Assembly: GCA_046757765.1 (NCBI GenBank)
Contig: JBHHYX010000003.1
Coordinates: 1-41,485, forward strand
Length of the DNA: 41,485 nt
Source: Acidobacteriota bacterium
Lineage (GTDB): Bacteria; Acidobacteriota; UBA6911; RPQK01; JBHHYX01
Reading direction: 5' to 3'
Of the stretch, positions 9,287 through 19,918 are shown piece after piece. Every line of letters starts with the position of its first letter. The stretch's first letter is position 1. The notes beneath the pieces were generated by a model. That model saw nothing but the letters and a program-made list of their open reading frames with translations. It made no database searches and had not been told where the DNA came from. The translations under genes were made by a program, and so were the position numbers.

Positions 9287-11725
9287 TCAGTGAACCCCTG
9301 GTCGATCGCCACCCTCTATTTTGGGCGGCATCTGCTTTTCCATGTACTCTTCCCGGTCTTTCTTTCGGGCCGGCCGCTCCAGAGCCAGGTCCAGGACTTC
9401 TTCCATGGATTCGACCAGTACGATCTTGAGGTCTTCCCGCACCATCTCAGGGATTTCCTTCAGATCCTTTTCATTGTCCCTGGGCAGAATTACGGACTTG
9501 ATACCGGCGCGATGGGCCGCCAGCACTTTTTCTTTCACGCCGCCAATTTGCATGACCTTTCCACGGAGCGTGATTTCTCCCGTCATCGCGACATCCCGAA
9601 AGACCGGGATTCTCGTCAAGGCGGAGACCATTGTGGTGGCCATGGTAATCCCGGCCGAAGGGCCGTCTTTGGGGATGGCGCCCTCGGGCACATGGACATG
9701 CAGATCGAAGACTTTGTGAAAATCCTTCTGGAGCCCGTAATCGGCTGCTCGGGAACGGACGTAGGTGAGGGCGGCCTTAGCCGATTCCTGCATCACTTCA
9801 CCCAGCTTGCCAGTGAGCAGAAAGTTTCCCTTCCCCTCCATCGTCGTGCACTCCGTAAAGAGTACCTCGCCTCCCATTTCCGTCCACGCCAGGCCGGTGG
9901 CCAAGCCCACTTCGTTGGCCTGGGCAGCCAACTGATTTCGAAAGCGCGGGGTGTCCAGCAGGTCACGAACCTGCTTTTCATTGATGACAAAGTGAATAGC
10001 CTTCGCCTTTCGCTCCTTCTCCTTGCCTTGCTCCACCACTTTGCGCGCGATCTTACGACAAATGTTGGCCAATTCACGCTCCAGGTTGCGCACCCCCGAT
10101 TCCCGCGTATAGCTGCGAATCACATCCAGGATCCCATCGTCCCTGAACTCCACCTGGGTCTTCTTCAAGCCTTTCAGCAGCAGCTGTTTGGGAACCAGAT
10201 ACTGCTTTGCGATGTTGAGTTTCTCCCACTCGGTGTATCCGGAGATGAAAATGACCTCCATCCGATCTTGAAGGGGCCGAGGCACCGAGTGGATGACGTT
10301 GGCGGTGCAGATGAAAAGAACCTGCGAGAGGTCGAACTCGGTGTCCAGGTAGTGATCGACGAAGCTCTTGTTGAATTCAGGATCGAGCACTTCCATGAGT
10401 GCGGCCGAGGGGTCCCCTCGAAAATCCGTGCTCATCTTGTCGATTTCGTCCATCAGGAAGACCGGATTGCGGGTGCCGGCCTTCTTCATCATCTGGATGA
10501 TCTGCCCCGGAAGCGCTCCAATGTAGGTTCTTCGATGACCTCGGATCTCGGCCTCATCCCGAACTCCACCCAGGGAAAGGCGAACAAACTTCCTCCCCGT
10601 AGCTCGGGCGATCGATCTCCCCAGCGAGGTCTTCCCCACGCCGGGCGGCCCGACGAAACAGAGGATGGACCCCTGGTGTCTCTTCTTGGCCAGCTGCCGG
10701 ACAGCCAGGAATTCCAGAATGCGTTCCTTGACCTTGTCCAGGCCGTAATGATCTTCCTCAAGGATCCGGTGGGCTCGGTCAATGCTTCGGATTTCGCGAC
10801 TCCGCCGGGACCATGGCATCGCCAGCAGCCAATCCAGATAGGTACGGCTGACGGTTGTCTCGGCGCTCATCGGCGGCATTTGTTCCAAGCGCCGGATTTC
10901 GTTGCTGGCTTTTTCCTGAGCGTCGGCCGGCATCTTTGCTTCTTCGACTTTCTCTTTCAGCGCTTCGATCTCGTCCTTTTCACCCCGGCCCAACTCCTTC
11001 TGAATCGCCTTCACCTTCTCATTCAGGTAGTATTCCCGCTGGGCCTTCTCCATCTGGCGGCGGACCTGACCCTGAATAGACTTGTCCATCTTAATCTTTT
11101 CGATTTCAATCTCGATGAACTCGCAGATCTTGCCCAGCCGCTGGGAGGGATCGGCCGTTTCCAACAAGGACTGCTTATCTTCCACCGGAATGGGGAGGTT
11201 GGAGGCGATGGTGTCGGAAAGACGATCGCTGTCGGAGTTTCGCGCCGCCTGGATAATGGTCTCGTAGTTGACGTTGGGGTTGAGCTTGGTGAATTGCTCG
11301 AAAAGGGCATTGAGCCTTTTGGTCAGCAGGCTCATCCTGGTGGCGGAGACCCGCGGCACCGGCATGAGCTGAATCTGGGCCCGGAAACACCCATCGACTT
11401 CCACCACGCGAAGCGAGCGGGCCCGGTGCAAACCTTCGACCAGAACCTTGATGTTGCCGTCCGGCAGTTTCAGGCTCTGAACGATGCTGGCCACGGTGCC
11501 CACCCGGTAGATGGCCTTGGGGGAAGGGTTGTCCTCAGAAGCATCCATCTGAGTGGCCAGGAAGATCTTCTTATCTCCACGCAGCGCCCTTTCCAGTGCC
11601 AGAACGGAGGAATCCCTCCCGATCACAAAAGGAACCATCATCGACGGGAAAACCACCACGTCGCGAATAGGCACCATCGGGTAACTCTCGATATTTCCAG
11701 CTTGTACGGTGTCGTCCATTGCCAC
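9287..11725 (-). CDS. lon: ATP-dependent protease La (LonA)
   Basis: Lon N-domain, [18 protein letters not shown], Walker [20 protein letters not shown] and catalytic PKDGPSAG; start GTG 11725 or ATG 11719. Confidence 0.98.
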   Translation of the reverse strand: MAMDDTVQAGNIESYPMVPIRDVVVFPSMMVPFVIGRDSSVLALERALRGDKKIFLATQMDASEDNPSPKAIYRVGTVASIVQSLKLPDGNIKVLVEGLHRARSLRVVEVDGCFRAQIQLMPVPRVSATRMSLLTKRLNALFEQFTKLNPNVNYETIIQAARNSDSDRLSDTIASNLPIPVEDKQSLLETADPSQRLGKICEFIEIEIEKIKMDKSIQGQVRRQMEKAQREYYLNEKVKAIQKELGRGEKDEIEALKEKVEEAKMPADAQEKASNEIRRLEQMPPMSAETTVSRTYLDWLLAMPWSRRSREIRSIDRAHRILEEDHYGLDKVKERILEFLAVRQLAKKRHQGSILCFVGPPGVGKTSLGRSIARATGRKFVRLSLGGVRDEAEIRGHRRTYIGALPGQIIQMMKKAGTRNPVFLMDEIDKMSTDFRGDPSAALMEVLDPEFNKSFVDHYLDTEFDLSQVLFICTANVIHSVPRPLQDRMEVIFISGYTEWEKLNIAKQYLVPKQLLLKGLKKTQVEFRDDGILDVIRSYTRESGVRNLERELANICRKIARKVVEQGKEKERKAKAIHFVINEKQVRDLLDTPRFRNQLAAQANEVGLATGLAWTEMGGEVLFTECTTMEGKGNFLLTGKLGEVMQESAKAALTYVRSRAADYGLQKDFHKVFDLHVHVPEGAIPKDGPSAGITMATTMVSALTRIPVFRDVAMTGEITLRGKVMQIGGVKEKVLAAHRAGIKSVILPRDNEKDLKEIPEMVREDLKIVLVESMEEVLDLALERPARKKDREEYMEKQMPPKIEGGDRPGVH

Positions 11726-11918
11726 TCAAATGCCTGCTGAATGGGGTCCCAAAAACCGCCACTTACTTAGATCCGGGACCCGCCGAAAGAGTTTCATTTC
11801 TTGTTCGCGCCGCCCTCTATGTCTTCGTGGTCGGGAAACGCAAAAATCGGAAACAGCCAGGAATAACGGAAAAGAGCCACGGAAAGAGAGAGTTGATAAC
11901 GAGGGTCGAATGAGAGGG

Positions 11919-13160
11919 TTACCCAGCCTTTTCCAAAACTTTGAAAACTACGTCTCGGTTTTCAACCATCTCCTTTGTGACGACGAACTCTTTGACCTTC
12001 TTGGCGGAAGGCAGTTCGTACATCACGTTCAGCATAAGATCTTCAGTGATCAAGCGCAAGCCGCGGGCGCCGATTTTCCGCTCCAGCGCCAGCCGGGCAA
12101 CACTGGCCAGCGCATCATCAGTGAATCGAAGGGCGACCTTCTCGAACTCGAACATCTTCTGGTACTGCTTGGTCAACGCGTTTTGCGGCTGGGTAAGGAT
12201 CTTCACCAAGGCCTTTTCATCCAACTGGTGAAGGGTACAGATGACCGGCAATCGACCCACAAACTCTGGAATCAATCCGTACTTGATCAGATCCTCCGGT
12301 AACACATGCGGGAACACGTCGGACTCGTTGGCCGTCTTCCAGCGGCTGTCGCCCAAGTCCGCTCGAAAGCCCATTCTGCTGCGTCCGAGCCGCCTGCGGA
12401 TGATATTGTCCATCCCCACGAACGCCCCCCCGCTGATGAAAAGAATATCGGTCGTATCCACTTGGACGAATTCCTGGTGCGGATGTTTTCGTCCCCCCTG
12501 AGGCGGGACATTGGCAATCGTGCCCTCCAGAATCTTCAGCAACGCCTGTTGCACGCCTTCGCCGGAGACATCGCGCGTGATAGAGGGATTCTCATCCTTG
12601 CGTGAGATTTTGTCGATCTCGTCAATATAGATGATCCCGTGCATGCACCGTTCGCGGTCGCCTCCTGCCGCTTGAAGCAGCTTCAGGATGATGTTCTCCA
12701 CATCTTCTCCCACATAACCCGCCTCGGTCAGAGTGGTGGCGTCCACGATGGCGAAAGGCACCGAAAGCATGCGGGCCAAAGTCTGTGCCAGCAACGTCTT
12801 GCCGGTTCCGGTGGGCCCAATCAAAAGGACGTTGCTCTTGGCCAATTCAACGTCCTGGTGCCGTCTGCGCCCCAGCTTGATCCGCTTGTAGTGGTTGTAG
12901 ACGGCAACCGCCAGTTTTTTCTTTGCCGTCTCCTGGCCGATCACATACTGGTCCAGGAAACCTTTGATCTCGGTAGGTTTGGGGAGGGTGTCCTTGACGG
13001 AAGAGGCTTCAGCGGAGATGTCATCCGAGATGATCTCATTGCACACCTCCACGCATTCGTCGCAGATGAAAACAGTGGGGCCAGCGATCAGTTTCTTGAC
13101 GTCGTTCTGGCTCTTGTTGCAGAACGAGCACCGAAGGACCTCATCTCCGTCTTTCTTCAC
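11919..13160 (-). CDS. clpX: ATP-dependent Clp protease ATP-binding subunit ClpX
   Basis: Zn finger [42 protein letters not shown] and GGRKHP. Confidence 0.98.
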   Translation of the reverse strand: MKKDGDEVLRCSFCNKSQNDVKKLIAGPTVFICDECVEVCNEIISDDISAEASSVKDTLPKPTEIKGFLDQYVIGQETAKKKLAVAVYNHYKRIKLGRRRHQDVELAKSNVLLIGPTGTGKTLLAQTLARMLSVPFAIVDATTLTEAGYVGEDVENIILKLLQAAGGDRERCMHGIIYIDEIDKISRKDENPSITRDVSGEGVQQALLKILEGTIANVPPQGGRKHPHQEFVQVDTTDILFISGGAFVGMDNIIRRRLGRSRMGFRADLGDSRWKTANESDVFPHVLPEDLIKYGLIPEFVGRLPVICTLHQLDEKALVKILTQPQNALTKQYQKMFEFEKVALRFTDDALASVARLALERKIGARGLRLITEDLMLNVMYELPSAKKVKEFVVTKEMVENRDVVFKVLEKAG

Positions 13161-13276
13161 TCCCTAGCCTCCATCGCAACTTCTTGAGGAATGCGGCCCC
13201 ATCATCGGAATAGGAACGGCGCTCGGCGACACTGTCATGCTCGGGTTTCAATCTGGTCACGGGTTGGTCGTCGTTC

Positions 13277-13864
13277 TCACGTGTGCTTCTCGATAATCAG
13301 ATCGATTATACCATACTCCTTGGCCTGCTCCGCGCTCATGATGTAGTCCCGTTCGACATCCTTCTCGATCTTTTCCACATTCTGTCCGGTGTGCTTGGCC
13401 AGAACCGCGTTGGTCATCTCTCGCATTCTCAAGATTTCCCTGGCATGGATGTCAATGTCGGTGGCCTGACCCGACAGCCCACTGATGGCCGGCTGATGGA
13501 TCAGGATTCGGCTGTTGGGAAGGGCGAAACGCTTCCCAGCGGTGCCGGCGGCCAGCAGTAGCGCCCCCATTGAAGCGGCTTGACCGATGCAGATCGTGGT
13601 CACGTCGTTCTTCACGAACTGCACGGTATCGTAGACTGCGAGCCCCGCGGTGATCGAGCCTCCGGGAGAATTGATGTAGAGGGAAATGTCTCGGTCGGGG
13701 TCCTCGGCTTCCAGAAACAAGAGCTGGGCCGTCACCAGATTGGCAATGCTGTCATCAATCGGGGTGCCCAGGAAAATAATGTTGTCTCTGAGGAGCCGCG
13801 AATAGATGTCATATGCGCGCTCTCCACGGTTGGTCTGTTCCACAACCATCGGAATCAGTGTCAT
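13277..13864 (-). CDS. clpP: ATP-dependent Clp protease proteolytic subunit
   Basis: [18 protein letters not shown], catalytic GQAASMG and HQP motifs. Confidence 0.98.
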   Translation of the reverse strand: MTLIPMVVEQTNRGERAYDIYSRLLRDNIIFLGTPIDDSIANLVTAQLLFLEAEDPDRDISLYINSPGGSITAGLAVYDTVQFVKNDVTTICIGQAASMGALLLAAGTAGKRFALPNSRILIHQPAISGLSGQATDIDIHAREILRMREMTNAVLAKHTGQNVEKIEKDVERDYIMSAEQAKEYGIIDLIIEKHT

Positions 13865-13882
13865 CGTCTCTCTTCCATGAAC

Positions 13883-13888
13883 ATTATA
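13883..13888 (-). promoter_or_regulatory. Possible -10 box (TATAAT) upstream of clpP
   Basis: Perfect TATAAT on the minus strand about 19 bp before the clpP ATG in GC-rich DNA; no clear -35. Confidence 0.35.
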
Positions 13889-14030
13889 TCGACCTTATTG
13901 AGGGGGCGGTTACGGGCAGAAATTGAGCCCCTCTCGGCATAGGCCGTGAACGATGCAACCACCCCAGGCCCCGGAGCCGAGGATCAATCCGGCTGGAGCC
14001 GCTCCAGCCGGCCGCACTCGGGCCTTTCCG

Positions 14031-15329
14031 TCAACGCTCAACCACCTTGGCCTGTCGAAGGAGCAAATCCAATGCCTTGCCTCTTCGAATCTGCTTCCGA
14101 AGCTCTTCCATTCGACCTTCCGCCTGAAAATGCCGCCGCACTCCTTCTTTGGGTTGATGCCAGGAAGCCGCAATCCGTTCCAACTCCTGATCCAGGTCGG
14201 TGCTGCCGACCTGGATCTCCTCCCGGTCCGCCAACTCGTTCAGGATCAACATGGCGCGGACTTCTTTTGCGCAGCTGGGGCGCAGATCTGAACGGAACTG
14301 TTTCCAGTCCAGGTCGGCCTTCGATGGGTCCCTGCCTTGGGAGGCCAGATTCACCGCCACCTCTCTCACTTTGCTGTCGATCTGTTTCTCTACCAGTGTT
14401 TCCGGCACTTCAAAGGGGGTGGATTGAATGACCTGGTCCATGAGCCGATTCTTGAGATCGTTCTCGCGGTTTCTCTCCCTACTTCGCTCCAGGTCTCCGC
14501 GGATCTTGTCGCGGACCTGGTCCAAGGTGTCGAACTCTCCCAGGTCTTTGGCAAACTCGTCGTTGAGCTGGGGAAGAAGCGGGCGTTTGATGTCGGTGAC
14601 TTCGACCGTGAAGCGAACGACGTTGCCGGCCAGTTTCTTGTCCCCGTAATCCGCGCCATACTCCACCTCAAACTGCTTGTGCTCTCCTATGTTGGCGCCG
14701 ATCAGGGCCTGTGTAAAGGCCTTGTGGGTCTTCTCTTCCCCCACTTTGACAACCACCCCTTCGTCGCGTATCGGCTGCCGGGAGCGGGAACTCGTTTCTC
14801 CCAGGTACTCGCCCACCAGGTCGATGATCACGTGGTCGCCCTCTTCAGCCGGGCGGTCTTCCACCGCCACCAGACGGGCGTTTTCCTCCCTGACACCCTC
14901 CAGCGCCTGCTCCATCTCTTCAGCGGTCACCGGTTGGACGTCTGAAGAGACCTCCAGTCCCTTGAAGTCCGGCAAGACGACCCGCGGCCGAATCTCCAAC
15001 TCGGCCACATATTTGAGAGGTTGGCCCGTTTCAAAACTGAGTTCCTTCAGGTCAGGCTCGCCCAAAGGCTCGAGCGCCTTTTCACGCAGGGCCTGACGGT
15101 ATGATTCCGGGACCAACTTGTTGACAAGGTCGTTGCGAATCTCCTTGGAAAAGCGTCGCTTCACCAGTCCGACAGGCGACTTGCCGCGTCGAAACCCCGA
15201 AAGCCTGACACGCTTTCTGTAATCGTCAGCGATGTCGTTGAACCGGGCCAGGGCGGCTTCCGCCGGCACCTCAACCCTCAGTTTCTTCTTGACCGAGCTG
15301 ACATCTTCGAGTTCGACCCGAATCTCCAT
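14031..15329 (-). CDS. tig: Trigger factor
   Basis: 432 aa; ribosome-binding signature variant GFRRGKSP, FKBP-like middle domain, LPQLNDEFAK; canonical tig-clpP-clpX-lon order. Confidence 0.93.
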   Translation of the reverse strand: MEIRVELEDVSSVKKKLRVEVPAEAALARFNDIADDYRKRVRLSGFRRGKSPVGLVKRRFSKEIRNDLVNKLVPESYRQALREKALEPLGEPDLKELSFETGQPLKYVAELEIRPRVVLPDFKGLEVSSDVQPVTAEEMEQALEGVREENARLVAVEDRPAEEGDHVIIDLVGEYLGETSSRSRQPIRDEGVVVKVGEEKTHKAFTQALIGANIGEHKQFEVEYGADYGDKKLAGNVVRFTVEVTDIKRPLLPQLNDEFAKDLGEFDTLDQVRDKIRGDLERSRERNRENDLKNRLMDQVIQSTPFEVPETLVEKQIDSKVREVAVNLASQGRDPSKADLDWKQFRSDLRPSCAKEVRAMLILNELADREEIQVGSTDLDQELERIAASWHQPKEGVRRHFQAEGRMEELRKQIRRGKALDLLLRQAKVVER

Positions 15330-15363
15330 TGGGTGATCTTCGATCGGTTCTATCTTAACCCAA

Positions 15364-15544
15364 GGGCTCGCGCAAAAATAACTTCACATTTTGGCATCTC
15401 ATCTTCACACCCTCTTCGGCCGCTCCTCAATCGTGAAATCCTCAACGTAAGCTCGGCTACGCCTGCGGTTTTGCTCAATCGTTCGCGGCCAAGTCAGGTG
15501 CAAATCTGAGTGCCAACTCTGCGGACTTATGCTTGCGCAAACCC
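15364..15544. mobile_element. MITE-like element, family B (~180 bp)
   Basis: Imperfect long TIRs GGGCTCGCGCAAAAATAACTTCACATTTTGGCA / TGCCAACTCTGCGGACTTATGCTTGCGCAAACCC; internal core CCTCAACGTAAGCTCGGCTACGCCTGCGG. Confidence 0.6.
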
Positions 15545-15846
15545 GAGACCGAAACTGAGCGCTTCTCGACGGCAGTGAGCACCAGTCTGTTGCGCCCGTC
15601 CGGTCTTGTTGATCCTCAACCGGCCCAGCCGGCATGCGCGCGCTCCCCGTTACTCACGGGAACACGCCATCCTGGCGCTTCTCATCCAGAAGAATCATTC
15701 AGCTCGTCTCGGCCGGGCCGCGGCCTCAACCAGGTGCTGAAAAAACGGAGCATTGGGAGCGACCGCCAGGGAACCGAAGATCCTGCCCCGCCGCCGGCGC
15801 GCCACCTTGCCCGAGTGCAAGGGAGTGAATTATAGTCTCTGGCGCG

Positions 15847-16053
15847 ATGTTGGAACAAGACCTGATGGAAAGTCGCTGTAAGGCCCGGGCCTTTGACCGC
15901 ATTCTGGAAAAATACCAGACCTTGCGGGATGATGCCGGCTTCTACAGCAGCAATTGGGTGGAACTTGCCGAGATCATCGAAAGCGAATGGAAGCGGTTGC
16001 AGTGGCTTTCCAAGAAGAAGGAGAGTCTCCCGGGCCCGGAGGGCCGACACTAG
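15847..16053 (+). CDS. Small hypothetical protein (68 aa)
   Basis: ATG start, amphipathic-helical composition (WVELAEIIESEWKRL), fills an otherwise empty gap; no recognised family. Confidence 0.5.
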   Translation: MLEQDLMESRCKARAFDRILEKYQTLRDDAGFYSSNWVELAEIIESEWKRLQWLSKKKESLPGPEGRH

Positions 16054-16310
16054 GGCTGCTAAGCCCTAAACAAGTTCACAAAAGGGTCAAGTTGCGCGTT
16101 GGATAACAATTCGCACCACACACAATCGCTATGACTGGCCATGAATCGCTCTTTCAGAGCTGCCGGGCTTCGCTGGAAAGACCCAGCGCGTTGCGCCGGG
16201 CTGAATATGAGTGGCGCCTTCGGCGCCTGAAGACGTGAGCGCGATCGACCCTGCCAAGCCAAAGGCCCGGAGGGCCGACATTCCAGTAGCCCGGTCCGTC
16301 AGGGCCGGAG
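16033..16310. repeat. REP-like hairpin cluster
   Basis: GGCCCGGAGGGCCGACA twice (~16033 and ~16264). Tri-hairpin unit at 16141-16226 (GCTCTTTCAGAGC / CCCAGCGCGTTGCGCCGGG / GGCGCCTTCGGCGCC) with the same layout as 33131-33220. Confidence 0.6.
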
Positions 16311-16352
16311 GCAGCGGTTCGACATGTGCACTGCCTCGGCATCTCTGGCCGC

Positions 16353-17435
16353 TCAGTCCACCTTCAGGTGGAGTTCCTCGCGCCCGCGATTGGCCAGGTA
16401 GAACTCGATCATGGCGGGAAGGTACTCTTCGGCTCTGGGGCAGCGACAACCCGTATCCCTCAGTGCTTCCAGGGTGTTCGAACAGTCGTAGTGGACCGGA
16501 TGGTTCATGTAGGCGATGGCCTCCTTTGGAATGGCGATTCGCTTTCTCAGCCAGCGCTGTTTGACCAGGCGCTCCATCCAGGTGGGAGAGAGTGTCCAAG
16601 CCATCCGGCGCCTCCCCAGGTAGCGGGCGGTCAGCTCAAAGAGCTGCCGGGTGCTGATGGGATCGGGGTCCACGATTTGAAAACACTTTCCACTCGAATC
16701 CGGTCGTCCACTGATGAGCGCACAGGCTTCGACCACAAAATCGACCGGCACCATATTGATCGCCGCCTTCATTGGACCCACTCTCGGCAGGGGAAGATGT
16801 CCCCAGCGGTGCAAATACTTGATGCTGAAATAGGGCCCGTCGAACTTGTCGGTTGCGCCTGTTCTCGAGTCTCCCACCACGATCCCGAATCGATAGATCG
16901 TAATGGGCAGATGCTCCCTCTCTGAACGGACCAGCCACTCGGCCTCGTTCTTGGTCAATTCATAGTGATTCTTGAAGTTTTCCGGCTGGGCCCGGGGGAG
17001 GTCGTCTTCTCCCACCCGCCCGGTTCTCCAGCCCGAGACGTAGGCGGTACTGACATAATTGAAGCGGGTCACATTGGGGGCGGCCGCGCGGGCCGCGGCC
17101 AGCACGTTGCGCGTCCCATCCACGTTTACTCTTCGCGCACTCCGCAGGTCGGCGTCCAGGCGATAGAGCGCCGCCAGGTGCCACCACTCCGTCTCCTCAC
17201 GGAGCAAAAGTCCTCTCACGCGCTCGTCCGAGAGGGCCAGATCGTTTTGAGTGATGTCTCCCTTGACCACCTCCGTTGAGGTCTTGGGCACCAGATCAGC
17301 GAGGAGTTCGCGGGCCCTCCGCTCGAATCTCTCTTCCACCAGCAGGATGACTTTCCGATACTCTCGAGCGGTCAGGAGTCGGGGAATCAAGTGGCGCGTG
17401 ATGAAGCCGGGAAACCCCGTGACAAATAAGTTCAT
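16353..17435 (-). CDS. Extended SDR-family NAD(P)-dependent oxidoreductase (thioester/fatty acyl-CoA reductase-like)
   Basis: FVTGFPGFI Rossmann motif, HLAALY, VNVDGT, YVSTAYVSG, catalytic YELTK, NMVPVDFV; start at ATG 17435. Confidence 0.88.
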   Translation of the reverse strand: MNLFVTGFPGFITRHLIPRLLTAREYRKVILLVEERFERRARELLADLVPKTSTEVVKGDITQNDLALSDERVRGLLLREETEWWHLAALYRLDADLRSARRVNVDGTRNVLAAARAAAPNVTRFNYVSTAYVSGWRTGRVGEDDLPRAQPENFKNHYELTKNEAEWLVRSEREHLPITIYRFGIVVGDSRTGATDKFDGPYFSIKYLHRWGHLPLPRVGPMKAAINMVPVDFVVEACALISGRPDSSGKCFQIVDPDPISTRQLFELTARYLGRRRMAWTLSPTWMERLVKQRWLRKRIAIPKEAIAYMNHPVHYDCSNTLEALRDTGCRCPRAEEYLPAMIEFYLANRGREELHLKVD

Positions 17436-17791
17436 CGGTCCTGCTCCGACTGGCCGCCCGGGCGGCAACCTCAGAATGATAGCTGATGAGGCGCGATCGG
17501 GCGATCAGTCGAGGGTGCTTTTGTTGGGTCAGGTGGATTGCGGCACAGTGGCTCGGCCGGCCTCCGTTCCGCACTTGCGACCAGCAGGTGCGGGGAATCC
17601 GCGCGGGATCCGGAGCGATGTCAAGTTGACCTGCCATTGTCCTACCTTTTACCCTAATGCTTCCGTAGTGGAGTCGGGCCTCCGGCGTAAGGCGGTTGCC
17701 TCTCACCCGCAGCGGGTGGAAGTGCTGAATAATGCGATCCGGCCCGCTCAAGCAGCTCATGCGGACCAGTGGGGCGAATCAGGGGTTGAGA

Positions 17792-18736
17792 ATGAAAAAA
17801 ATCGGCATCTTGTTCGGGCAGGAGAACACGTTCCCCCGGGCCCTGGTGGACCGGATCAATGAGGCCAACGAGAAAGAGGTGGTGGCGGAATTCGTCACCA
17901 TCGACAAAGTGATCCAGGCCCGTCCGACGGAGTACGCCGTCATCATTGACCGGATCTCGCAGGACATCCCTTTTTATCGCACCTACCTCAAGAACGCGGC
18001 TCTGGCGGGAGCTGTTGTCATTAACAATCCCTTCTGGTGGAGCGCCGATGACAAGTTCTTCAACAATGCTCTGGCCGAACACGTCGGCGTGCACGTGCCG
18101 AAGACAGCTCTGCTGCCATCCAAGGAGCATCCCGAGAACACCGATGAGCGGTCCATGAGGAACCTGGCTTACCCTCTGGATTGGGAGGCGATTTTCGATT
18201 ATCTCGGATTCCCGGCTTTTCTCAAGCCCTTTGCGGGAGGGGGCTGGCGCCATGTCTATCGGGTCAAGGACCGGGAGGAGTTCTTTCGAGTTTACGATCA
18301 GACCGCTCAACTGGTCATGATGCTGCAGGAAGAGATCGTTTTCACGGAATACTACCGCTGTTACTGCATCGACCGCCAACATGTGCGAATCATGGAATAT
18401 GATCCTCGACAGCCGTTTCACCTCCAGTACTCCAAGGCGCCGAAGCCGGTGGAGCCCGCTTTGTTGGGGAAGATGGAGGAAGCCGTCTTGAGGCTGAATC
18501 GGGCGTTGGGTTACGACTTCAACACCGTGGAGCTGGCCATCCGTGACGGTGTCCCCTACGCCATTGACTTCTGCAACCCCGCTCCCGATGCGGACGTCGC
18601 CTCGGTGGGAGAAGAGAATTTCAAATGGGTTGTCGAAACCGTCGCCGGTATGGCGATCCGAAAGGCCAAGGTCCACAAAGCAGGGCAGATCCATATCGAG
18701 TGGGGAGAATTTGTTGCCGAAACGAGCACGGGATGA
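17792..18736 (+). CDS. ATP-grasp (RimK-like) ligase
   Basis: VIIDRIS, VINNPFWWSADDKF, VPKT, GFPAFLKPFAGGGWRHV, LQEEI and YDFNTVELAIRDGVPYAIDFCNPAPD; start at ATG 17792. Confidence 0.85.
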   Translation: MKKIGILFGQENTFPRALVDRINEANEKEVVAEFVTIDKVIQARPTEYAVIIDRISQDIPFYRTYLKNAALAGAVVINNPFWWSADDKFFNNALAEHVGVHVPKTALLPSKEHPENTDERSMRNLAYPLDWEAIFDYLGFPAFLKPFAGGGWRHVYRVKDREEFFRVYDQTAQLVMMLQEEIVFTEYYRCYCIDRQHVRIMEYDPRQPFHLQYSKAPKPVEPALLGKMEEAVLRLNRALGYDFNTVELAIRDGVPYAIDFCNPAPDADVASVGEENFKWVVETVAGMAIRKAKVHKAGQIHIEWGEFVAETSTG

Positions 18737-18748
18737 GCTGTTTACCTT

Positions 18749-19783
18749 ATGACGATAAGAAGCAACGATGACATTGAGCGGTTCCCCCTTGACCCCGAAT
18801 TACTGCCGGGCGCTTCCAACGCGGTTCGCCAGTGCCTGCGAATCCAGCCTCACGAGCGGGTGACCCTGATCACCGATGAAGCCTCTCTGGCCATTTGCCG
18901 AGCCCTGGCGGATCAGATCCGAGAAGTGGGTTCCCACTATCGTCTGTTTGTCCTGGAAGACCATGCCGAGCGGCCCCTTCAACACATGCCCGAAGCGGTG
19001 CTGTCATCGATGGAATCGTCCCAGGTCAGTCTCTTCGCCGCTCAGGCCGGCCCTGGGGAACTGGGGGCCAGGATGGAGATGATGGTGATTGTGAATCGGC
19101 TCAAGCTGCGTCATGCCCATATGGTCAATATCAGCAAGGAAATCATGATGCAGGGCATGAGAGCGGACTTCCGGGCGGTGGATCTGCTGAGCAGTCAACT
19201 GATCGAGCGAGCTCGCAAGGCGGCCAAGATCAAGGCCACCTCAACGGCTGGGACCGATCTCGTGGCCGAGTTTTCTCCCCATCTTTGCTGGATCAAGACC
19301 AGCGGCCTCATCGGCACGGACAAATGGGGGAATCTGCCCGGCGGGGAGATCTTCACTTCCCCGCTTCAAGTGAACGGAGTCTTTGCCGTTGACGGTGTCG
19401 TGGGGGACTACCTTTGCAGCCGGTACGGGGACTTAAGGGAGACCCCACTGCAGATCGAAATCTCGGACGGCCGCATCCGGCATCTGAGCTGTGAAAACGA
19501 GGAGTTGCTGGACCATTTTACCGATTACACAAGTGTGGATTCCAACAGCAACCGGGTGGGCGAGTTTGCCATCGGCACCAATCTTTGGGTCAAAGACGTC
19601 ATTGGAAACATTCTCCAGGACGAAAAAATTCCGGGTGTCCACATCGCCTTCGGCCATCCCTACAGCGAGCATACGGGTCAAGACTGGACCTCCTCCACCC
19701 ACATCGATTGTGTCGGTCGCTGCTTCGATGTCTGGATGGATGAAGCACAGGTCATGAAAGAAGGTCAGTTTCTCCTCAGTTGA
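18749..19783 (+). CDS. M29-family (AmpS/aminopeptidase T-like) metallopeptidase
   Basis: NLPGGEIFTSP, VGEFAIGTN, QDEKIPGVHIAFG and THIDC metal-ligand motifs; 12 bp downstream of the ATP-grasp gene. Confidence 0.85.
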   Translation: MTIRSNDDIERFPLDPELLPGASNAVRQCLRIQPHERVTLITDEASLAICRALADQIREVGSHYRLFVLEDHAERPLQHMPEAVLSSMESSQVSLFAAQAGPGELGARMEMMVIVNRLKLRHAHMVNISKEIMMQGMRADFRAVDLLSSQLIERARKAAKIKATSTAGTDLVAEFSPHLCWIKTSGLIGTDKWGNLPGGEIFTSPLQVNGVFAVDGVVGDYLCSRYGDLRETPLQIEISDGRIRHLSCENEELLDHFTDYTSVDSNSNRVGEFAIGTNLWVKDVIGNILQDEKIPGVHIAFGHPYSEHTGQDWTSSTHIDCVGRCFDVWMDEAQVMKEGQFLLS

Positions 19784-19918
19784 CCCGCACTCGGAATCCC
19801 GCCGGAAAAGAGGCTATTCCCATTGCCGGCGCCGACCGCACAGTCGGGCATTGGGGAAACGGCGGGCTCACGCCCACCGCTCGCCCGGAGTAGATTGAGT
19901 GTGAGAAATGCGGGTTAG
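19781..19918. mobile_element. MITE-like element, family A derivative spanning two convergent stop codons
   Basis: The right end GTAGATTGAGTGTGAGAAATGCGGGTTAG is a near reverse complement of the 6825 left end; left end TGACCCGCA. Confidence 0.6.

Noticed and set aside
9263-11740. 825-aa plus-strand ORF
   Set aside because: Antisense shadow of lon, expected from GC-rich codon bias; no motifs.
15330-15846. tRNA (often tRNA-Leu) upstream of tig
   Set aside because: No cloverleaf with T-loop GTTCRA and acceptor stem found; the region holds a MITE-like repeat.
17654-18694. 346-aa minus-strand ORF
   Set aside because: Antisense shadow of the ATP-grasp gene.
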